Shown here piece after piece: positions 57,941-64,000 of a DNA stretch of 64,000 nucleotides. The translations under genes and the position numbers were made by a program. Source of the stretch: Escherichia phage slur02; sequence record NC_028927.1. One strand, written 5' to 3'. The notes beneath the pieces were generated by a model. The model ran no database searches. It saw only the letters and a program-made list of their open reading frames with translations, and had not been told where the DNA came from. Positions within the stretch are counted from its first letter, which is position 1. Every line of letters starts with the position of its first letter.

Positions 57941-58909
57941 TTATTTCAGAAGAGTAACCTCAGCAATTTCTTCCCAACCGTTTTTGTCGGTCATAATAAA
58001 GTCAGCAAGATAAAGAGCAGTACGCAGTGAAACATTGCGTAAACGATTAACATTGACTTTCATCCATGATAATGCTTTATAAGTTTCTTCATCAGAAAGA
58101 CCGCGCTTTTGCATCATGTCGGTTGAAAGAATAACATCTTCAACCCTGACCATAATTTCTTCATTAGTGTGAACACCCAAATCCAAATAAACTGAGCGGG
58201 ACACTAATGCTTGTAAATGTGGAGCAAGTTTAGTACCACGGTCTAATTCGCGGTCAATGTCAACGTTTGTGATAAAAACAATCGTTCCTTTAAATTCAAA
58301 CTCACGCTCAATGCCTTTTTCTTCTAAGTAAGAAGATGCAGTGCTCCAGCAGACTTTACGGGTCTCTCCAGTGTCCAGAGCAGCTTTCAGAAGATTAAGA
58401 ATGTCCATATCAGAGAAAACATCCACATCATCAATCAAAAGGACAGAATTCTCTTCACGATTATTCCAAAGCTGTTCATAAAGACCGATACCGGAGATTT
58501 TACCGTTAATGCTTTTATATTCAATGTATCCAATATCATTTGCTTTATTTAAAGCTTTATCTAAAGAATACGTTTTACCAATACCTGCCGCACCAGAGAT
58601 AATTAATGAACGAATGTTTCCGTTAATAATACCATTCGTCATCATTCCCATAACATTAAATCTTTTATTAATGCGGGTTTTCATATCTTCATACGATTCT
58701 TTAACTTCTTCAACTTTTACACCATCATATGAAATGTCTGATTTGTAAACCCAAACACCGCGACGTTTACCGTCAATTTCAACAAAAACTTTACCATCTC
58801 CTTGCGCATCTACCGGAGCATTATCTGGGAACCATTCGCCTAAGAGCTCAAAAGTTCCAGAGATTTCTTTACCGAAGTAGATACCCTTATTGATAGTTAC
58901 AGTTTTCAT
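57941..58909 (-). CDS. predicted AAA+-like P-loop ATPase (about 322 aa)
   Basis: Walker A GAAGIGKT, Walker B LLIDDVD, sensor-1-like FITN; start set to ATG after TGGAGAATAAA; own early promoter. Confidence 0.6.
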   Translation of the reverse strand: MKTVTINKGIYFGKEISGTFELLGEWFPDNAPVDAQGDGKVFVEIDGKRRGVWVYKSDISYDGVKVEEVKESYEDMKTRINKRFNVMGMMTNGIINGNIRSLIISGAAGIGKTYSLDKALNKANDIGYIEYKSINGKISGIGLYEQLWNNREENSVLLIDDVDVFSDMDILNLLKAALDTGETRKVCWSTASSYLEEKGIEREFEFKGTIVFITNVDIDRELDRGTKLAPHLQALVSRSVYLDLGVHTNEEIMVRVEDVILSTDMMQKRGLSDEETYKALSWMKVNVNRLRNVSLRTALYLADFIMTDKNGWEEIAEVTLLK

Positions 58910-58943
58910 TTTATTCTCCAAATCCGTATCAGTTGATAGTTGT

Positions 58944-58976
58944 ATAGTACCATAAAGCTTTATGCTTGTAAACAAC
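58944..58976 (-). promoter_or_regulatory. early promoter upstream of AAA+-like gene
   Basis: Conserved module followed by TTGGAGAATAAAATG. Confidence 0.55.
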
Positions 58977-59003
58977 TTTGTGAAAAATTTTTGAAATAAA
59001 AAA

Positions 59004-59021
59004 AGGGAGCCCGAAGGCTCC
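59004..59021 (-). terminator. terminator downstream of nucleotidyltransferase gene
   Basis: GGGAGCC-UUCG-GGCUCCC then UUUUUUUAUUU. Confidence 0.75.
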
Positions 59022-59024
59022 CTA

Positions 59025-60038
59025 TCATTTATAATAACTTCGGTGGTTTTCAAGATAAACCTGTTCGAGGAAATTATTCCAAAAGCTCATATCTACTGTT
59101 TTAGGCATACCATTCTTAGAAGCTTCAGTAGATGCTGCTTCTACTTGATCGACCACATCTTCCAAAAACTCTTGAACCGTTTTAAATGGATGTTTACCCA
59201 ACTTCACGTCGAGAATAAATGGAGCGTCTTGAAGTGGATAAACCAAGTCACCAGTTTTGTAAATTTCCAATAGTTGAAGTCCACCACGACAAGCATGGCT
59301 CAGAGCTTTCCAGTCAATGCCTTCATTGGCTTCGGCCTTTCGAGCGCGTTCACCATATTCAGCATCTAATTTGTTCAGTGACTGCTTAAGCTCAATAAGA
59401 GAAAGCGTTGTCTGATATTTACGACCCAACACTGTGTAAAACGTCTGTGGGCCTGTTTTCTCATGATTATGGAACACCCATTCACAGAATTCGTTTTCTG
59501 GAAGACGATGCTTAATATCTTCAACTTTAGTACGACGCTGCTTAATGGAACCGTCTTCTTGGTAATCAACCCATTGCTCAGGGATTTGATTAACTACTTT
59601 CAATACATCACGTAATGCAGCCAAACGAGAACCCTTGACACCGTATTTAGAAGCTTGCTTGCGGACATATCCTAAATAGGATTTCATGTTAGTCGTATAA
59701 AAACGAGAACGGTTGTCTTGAATAAACTTCCACACATCAGGCAAATCTGATTTAACTACTAGCTCAGGTGGAGTGTGAAGCATATCCAATGCTACGGTTT
59801 CACCATCTGCTGCTAATTTAAAGAAATATTTAAGACTGTATAGTTCATGGTCAATATCATCTTTAGTGTTTTTAGATGATGTATTGTTAGTATTTTTACT
59901 CATATGCTCTTTAACATTTCCGATAAGAATATCGCGAGCAGGAGGAACAAAGATTTCTTTAAAATCTACATCAGATTCTGGGGTAGAAGTTCCATAAAGA
60001 TGACTACCAAAATAGCTTTTCATTACTGTTTTCATCAT
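59025..60038 (-). CDS. predicted Pol-beta-superfamily nucleotidyltransferase (337 aa)
   Basis: N-terminal FGSHLYGTSTPESDVDF ([GS]-x10-DxD) with third acidic residue about 60 aa later (VALDMLH); ATGA-coupled to upstream membrane protein gene; strong terminator downstream. Confidence 0.55.
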   Translation of the reverse strand: MMKTVMKSYFGSHLYGTSTPESDVDFKEIFVPPARDILIGNVKEHMSKNTNNTSSKNTKDDIDHELYSLKYFFKLAADGETVALDMLHTPPELVVKSDLPDVWKFIQDNRSRFYTTNMKSYLGYVRKQASKYGVKGSRLAALRDVLKVVNQIPEQWVDYQEDGSIKQRRTKVEDIKHRLPENEFCEWVFHNHEKTGPQTFYTVLGRKYQTTLSLIELKQSLNKLDAEYGERARKAEANEGIDWKALSHACRGGLQLLEIYKTGDLVYPLQDAPFILDVKLGKHPFKTVQEFLEDVVDQVEAASTEASKNGMPKTVDMSFWNNFLEQVYLENHRSYYK

Positions 60039-60496
60039 TCAGCCTTATATTCAATAACAGGACATACTTTAGCTTTACGAGCTTTTAAAAATTCGACGAT
60101 AATCGATTTCTTGGGTTGAATAGGAGGTAAACCTTTATACGCTCTATCAATATTTTCTACGTGTAAAGCATAATCCTTTTTCCATTTATAATCTTTATAT
60201 TTTTCACGCAAATGTGCAGGAATAACAAATGAACCGATAATAAGTAAAACAACCAAAAGCGCAAGTATAAATGCTGATGGAAGCAAAGTCCATAAACTAC
60301 CGAAAATAAGCCAACGTTGTAGGCTTTCTGCACAAATAATTGTTAACCCTACGAGTATAGCACACCCAAAAATAGAAACGAAAAATGTAGGAATGGCAAT
60401 AGACCAAAAATATGCGCATAATGTCTTAGGTCGTTGCCATTCATCGTTAAACAATTTGAATAATTTATAGTGCCAAGAGTTTTCATTAATAATCAT
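60035..60496 (-). CDS. integral membrane protein (153 aa)
   Basis: Three predicted transmembrane helices. Confidence 0.5.
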   Translation of the reverse strand: MIINENSWHYKLFKLFNDEWQRPKTLCAYFWSIAIPTFFVSIFGCAILVGLTIICAESLQRWLIFGSLWTLLPSAFILALLVVLLIIGSFVIPAHLREKYKDYKWKKDYALHVENIDRAYKGLPPIQPKKSIIVEFLKARKAKVCPVIEYKAE

Positions 60497-60498
60497 AA

Positions 60499-61020
60499 TT
60501 ATCCTTTCATTGAAGGCGTAATGGTTGTTAAATACTTAATCATAGCTTCAGCTTCTGATTTTGATAATGAAATTTCTCCATTGTTTTGACGAATAGAAAT
60601 AAAATCCGGATGACGGTCACCACCAGCTTTTAAAACACACATATAAGTATCAACTTCACCTTCAATATTTGAAATGATTGAAGCAGTTCCACATGAATGT
60701 GGTTTTTGATAAATCAATGCAGCTTTTCTTCCACCATTTGACTGTTCATAGGCTTTTAATACATCAAACAAATCAGTTCTTTTATCAATAGCTAAAATGT
60801 TATTTTCATCTTCAATGTTAAATCCTTCGGATACTTCATAAAGCGTTACCCATAAATCACCGATGTCAATAACAGCATTTACTTTTCCACGGCTTTCAAG
60901 AGTATGACAAATTTTCTTGATTTCGTCATAACTCATTTTAATAATATCATCTCCTTGACTAAGGAAGATGTCATTTTTAAATTCAACACGAATTAAACCA
61001 CTTTCACTTGAAATAAACAT
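60499..61020 (-). CDS. hypothetical protein (173 aa), paralog of 61027..61572
   Basis: Shared C-terminal and central motifs with neighbour. Confidence 0.5.
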   Translation of the reverse strand: MFISSESGLIRVEFKNDIFLSQGDDIIKMSYDEIKKICHTLESRGKVNAVIDIGDLWVTLYEVSEGFNIEDENNILAIDKRTDLFDVLKAYEQSNGGRKAALIYQKPHSCGTASIISNIEGEVDTYMCVLKAGGDRHPDFISIRQNNGEISLSKSEAEAMIKYLTTITPSMKG

Positions 61021-61026
61021 ATTTCC

Positions 61027-61572
61027 TCACTTTGAAATCATAGTTGGAATAACAGAATCAAGATAAGTCTTTAGTGCAATAGCTTCGTCTTTGGTAAATG
61101 TGACAATATGTGCTCGAAAATCATCAATTTGACGAATAGTTAAGACATCTCCATCTTCATAACATTTTGATACGTTTAAAACAGTTTCATCATTCTGATT
61201 GCAAGCGTTAGTAATAATAGCATTGCAATTTTTAAACCATTTTAAACTATGTTTTCTTTCATTAGAATAATAAAAATATTTAATCTTATCTATAAAACTA
61301 TCCCAATGGATAACTGATAAGCATATTGACTCGCTTTCAATATTAAATCCTGGGCATGAAGAATAAAAATGAATTTTATGCTTATCATTAATGCTTACAA
61401 TTTTATCAGTATAAGGATTTTCAATTTTGGTTAAATGAATGATTTCACTAGGCGTAAAATACAGCATATCGTCTTCTTGTGTCAAACGATACATATTATT
61501 TACTTTTTCTATAGCCAATTCACCAAAAAGTGAACTAACTTCTAATACTAATCGTTTCGCCGCTACCGTCAT
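61027..61572 (-). CDS. hypothetical protein (181 aa), paralog of 60499..61020
   Basis: Track ORF; sequence similarity to neighbour. Confidence 0.5.
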   Translation of the reverse strand: MTVAAKRLVLEVSSLFGELAIEKVNNMYRLTQEDDMLYFTPSEIIHLTKIENPYTDKIVSINDKHKIHFYSSCPGFNIESESICLSVIHWDSFIDKIKYFYYSNERKHSLKWFKNCNAIITNACNQNDETVLNVSKCYEDGDVLTIRQIDDFRAHIVTFTKDEAIALKTYLDSVIPTMISK

Positions 61573-61701
61573 TACATACTCCTCTGAATCATATCAATAA
61601 TGTTGTTTACCAGATTATAAGTAAACATTGGGTAATTATATTGAATCATCACATACACAACAAACAAAACTTTCATTCTCTTCTCCTTGGCAGTTGACAA
61701 G

Positions 61702-61738
61702 ATTACTATACCATAACCTTGCCAACTTGTAAACCATT
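61702..61738 (-). promoter_or_regulatory. early promoter upstream of paralog pair, membrane protein and NTase genes
   Basis: GTTTAC, 17 nt, TATAGT. Confidence 0.5.
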
Positions 61739-61910
61739 AAATGACGTTTTCAATAAAATTCTGAAGCTTTGTATGAGCATCAACCATGATTTTCATTTCT
61801 TCTTTGGCGAAAGCTATACCTCTTTCCCGAGAAGAACACTCATAGTCAGAAACTGCATTAGCATATTCTTCAATTAACTTCATTAAAAACATCTGCTTTT
61901 CAGTTTTCAT
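61737..61910 (-). CDS. small protein (57 aa)
   Basis: Hand-translated MKTEKQMFLMKLIEEYANAVSDYECSS...; AGGTGG SD. Confidence 0.3.
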   Translation of the reverse strand: MKTEKQMFLMKLIEEYANAVSDYECSSRERGIAFAKEEMKIMVDAHTKLQNFIENVI

Positions 61911-62094
61911 TATTCCACCTAATCATTTCAAGATATTGAACTAACTTAGCTTTAGATTTATCCAAATCCTTTTTAGCTGCTTCTATACCGTCGTATGAAT
62001 ATCCTTCACAATGCTCAACTGCTAATTGATATGAATCTATTTCAATATCACGTGCTAATTTAATGATTTTTTCAAACTGTTCGCGTGTTAGCAT
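61900..62094 (-). CDS. hypothetical protein (64 aa)
   Basis: Track ORF. Confidence 0.45.
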   Translation of the reverse strand: MLTREQFEKIIKLARDIEIDSYQLAVEHCEGYSYDGIEAAKKDLDKSKAKLVQYLEMIRWNNEN

Positions 62095-62096
62095 AC

Positions 62097-62300
62097 TTAA
62101 ACTCTCGTATTATGATCGATAATTTCATCAAGAAACATATCTAACGCTTCTACAGCATTATTAACTTTATCTTCAAGTTCTTCAATACTTTTATTTGCAA
62201 TGCCTGACGAAAACCAAGCAAAGTCACTAAGTTCCTCATCTGCTTTACGAATTAAAGCTACCAATTCCTTAATTTTATCCGCTTGTTCGATACTAATCAT
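62097..62300 (-). CDS. hypothetical protein (about 67 aa)
   Basis: Track ORF trimmed to ATG coupled by TAATG. Confidence 0.4.
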   Translation of the reverse strand: MISIEQADKIKELVALIRKADEELSDFAWFSSGIANKSIEELEDKVNNAVEALDMFLDEIIDHNTRV

Positions 62301-62488
62301 TATTCCACCACATATGAAAGAGAGAATATTGCACACGCCATGTGAGTTGCAACTTCATCACACATATTATAACGTTTCTTAAGAAATTCTACAAGTTCTT
62401 CACTAGTAACTTCATCCATGTCGACGAAAAAATCACCATTAATGATGACGTAGATATTTCCTTCTTGATTAAGTGCTTCAATTTTCAT
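62300..62488 (-). CDS. hypothetical protein (62 aa)
   Basis: Track ORF trimmed to ATG after AAAGAGGAG SD. Confidence 0.45.
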   Translation of the reverse strand: MKIEALNQEGNIYVIINGDFFVDMDEVTSEELVEFLKKRYNMCDEVATHMACAIFSLSYVVE

Positions 62489-62513
62489 GATGTTCTCCTC
62501 TTTATCCGATAGT

Positions 62514-62548
62514 TGTATAGTACCACAGCTCAAACGGAAAGTAAACCG
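62514..62548 (-). promoter_or_regulatory. early promoter with conserved leader
   Basis: GTTTAC, 17 nt, TACTAT; directly after UUCG terminator. Confidence 0.55.
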
Positions 62549-62562
62549 GTAAAATGAAAAAA

Positions 62563-62578
62563 GTCTCCCGAAGGAGAC
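62563..62578 (-). terminator. terminator downstream of rI.-1-position gene
   Basis: GUCUCC-UUCG-GGAGAC then UUUUUUCAUUUU. Confidence 0.7.
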
Positions 62579-62583
62579 TAATG

Positions 62584-62970
62584 TTATTCGAGGGAAAGAA
62601 GATACTTACTCTGGTAAAACATTCCAGTAATATCATCTATCGTGCTTTGGATGGCTGGAGGCATTTCTTTATAAATGCTGTTAGATTGGTCTAGTATGTG
62701 ATCAATCATTTTAATTGTGTCGGTAGGAAGTTTACTGGCATCTGGAATTGAAGGTGTGTATTTTCTACCAGAATACCCCAAATATTGCTCACCAAATTTA
62801 TCAATCAAATCTGGCAACTCGGAGAAAATAAAATCGTATGCTTTGTGTCTAGCATAACTTTTAGTTTCAAAATGTGCAGAATGAAAATAAGCTTGTGCAG
62901 CCATTAATAAACCTAAGTATTCATCTGCCTTTGAAGGTTTTCCACTTTGTGAAAAGTCGCTGAATTTCAT
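62584..62970 (-). CDS. hypothetical protein (128 aa), rI.-1 position
   Basis: Track ORF adjacent to rI. Confidence 0.5.
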   Translation of the reverse strand: MKFSDFSQSGKPSKADEYLGLLMAAQAYFHSAHFETKSYARHKAYDFIFSELPDLIDKFGEQYLGYSGRKYTPSIPDASKLPTDTIKMIDHILDQSNSIYKEMPPAIQSTIDDITGMFYQSKYLLSLE

Positions 62971-63260
62971 TCAGTCTCCAATTTAATGTTCATAATTCTA
63001 GCGTATGATTGTGCCATCTCCGCGCCTCGCTCTATACATTCAAAATCAGAAGAGCACGGGTCATTTTTATAGGTCGTTCTCATAAAACTATAGAATTGTT
63101 CAGACGATTCTACGCTTTTATTTTCAAAAAGCATATAAACGTGCCTAATACCAGATTCCATAAATTTATCAAAATGAGGATCGACATTCGCTTCAATCGG
63201 TGGAGATAAAACAAATGACAATCCTAGCATGGCAAATAGTGCCGTTGCTTTTAAGGCCAT
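62967..63260 (-). CDS. rI: RI lysis-inhibition regulator
   Basis: 97 aa with N-terminal signal anchor, length as T4 rI; immediately downstream of tk. Confidence 0.8.
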   Translation of the reverse strand: MALKATALFAMLGLSFVLSPPIEANVDPHFDKFMESGIRHVYMLFENKSVESSEQFYSFMRTTYKNDPCSSDFECIERGAEMAQSYARIMNIKLETE

Positions 63261-63272
63261 AAAGGCCTCCTA

Positions 63273-63485
63273 TCATTTTTGTCCTGTATTTACTTTATGC
63301 CGATGCACGGCCTTAACTTTATCAAGGTATTTTTCAAAATTTCGCAATCTAGTATAGTCTGCCGGAGATTGGTTGAGTGATACTTCTCGACGCAAAGCTG
63401 AAATGATATTTCCAACTTCCCTACGAATTTCATCTAATTGAAGCACAGTAAGATTGCGAAGTTGCTTTTCAGTTAATTGTAGCAT
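63273..63485 (-). CDS. hypothetical protein (70 aa), rI.1 position
   Basis: Track ORF. Confidence 0.5.
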
Positions 63486-63527
63486 ATATACCCCTTTAGT
63501 TAGATAAACCTATTTATAACTTTTGCA

Positions 63528-64000
63528 CTAACCGAGCTTTTTAGTTAATTCATTCCAATGTTTTCTACACAAAGAAACATAAATTTCATCACCAATACAG
63601 ATTTGATTACCTTCTTTAACTGGTGTTCCATCTTCCATTAATCGAGCTGTCATAATCGCTTTTTTACCACAATGACAAACTGCTTTTAATTCAATAAGTT
63701 TATCTGCAATCGCTAAAAGTTCTTTAGAACCTTCAAATAATTTTCCAGCGAAATCAGTCCTTAATCCATAAGCCATAACAGGAACATTATATGTATCAAC
63801 AATTCGGCTCAATTGATGCACTTGTTCAGTTTTTAAAAACTGAGCTTCATCTACAAATACGCAATGAATATCTTTTTGTGCTTCAGCCCATTTATAGAAC
63901 TCGAAAATATCCATATCATCTGTAATAATATTCGCTTCCTGTTTAATTCCAATGCGAGAAACAACTTCACAGACAGAATCGCGAGTATCAATAGCAGGCT
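63528..64000 (-). CDS. tk: thymidine kinase, 3' part (5' end lies beyond window)
   Basis: Walker B VDEAQF and zinc cysteines; reading frame stays open to the window edge. Confidence 0.8.
   Translation of the reverse strand, partial: PAIDTRDSVCEVVSRIGIKQEANIITDDMDIFEFYKWAEAQKDIHCVFVDEAQFLKTEQVHQLSRIVDTYNVPVMAYGLRTDFAGKLFEGSKELLAIADKLIELKAVCHCGKKAIMTARLMEDGTPVKEGNQICIGDEIYVSLCRKHWNELTKKLG

Noticed and set aside
59025-60496. Reading the membrane protein plus nucleotidyltransferase as a phage-borne CBASS-like cyclase/effector pair
   Set aside because: Gene order and sizes do not clearly match known CBASS operons and no cyclase-specific features beyond the generic Pol-beta motif are visible; left as an open possibility only.
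1-64000. Search for tRNA or rRNA genes, CRISPR arrays, integrase or transposase genes and terminal inverted repeats
   Set aside because: No cloverleaf-like or rRNA-like sequence, spacer-repeat array or recombinase was recognised; the repeats present are promoter and hairpin modules.

Overview
This window is a contiguous stretch of a T4-like (T-even) bacteriophage genome covering the early and middle gene region. Almost every gene is on the minus strand, tightly packed, with many ATGA or TAATG stop/start overlaps. Gene order, read with ascending coordinate: motA, 52, ac/stp/ndd, denB, rIIB, rIIA, an uninterrupted topoisomerase gene 39, motB, dexA, dda, srd, modA, modB, soc, 56, 61, sp, dmd, 41, 40, uvsX, a glycosyltransferase, 42, imm, 43, regA, 62, 44, 45, rpbA, 46, 47, a-gt, 55, nrdH, nrdG, nrdD, 49, pin, nrdC, a variable island, then rI and the 3' part of tk. 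Calls rest on protein length, motifs and synteny read from the translations; no database search was run. Regulatory signals seen directly: T4-type early promoters (GTTTAC -35, TATAAT-like -10), MotA-box middle promoters, one late promoter (TATAAATA) before soc, many UUCG-tetraloop hairpins, and the gene 43 translational operator. Compared with canonical T4 as I recall it, this phage has no gene 60 split or mobA, no homing endonucleases, no nrdD intron, no dam-sized gene between 56 and 61, and a GT-A-like glycosyltransferase where beta-gt sits. No tRNA, rRNA, CRISPR array or transposon was found. The best candidates for undescribed biology are in the island between nrdC and rI: four tandem diverged paralogs with C-terminal coiled coils (52516-56499), and a Pol-beta-type nucleotidyltransferase (59025-60038) next to an AAA+-like ATPase (57941-58909). 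Coordinates of small ORFs and regulatory sites were hand-derived and may be off by a base or two.
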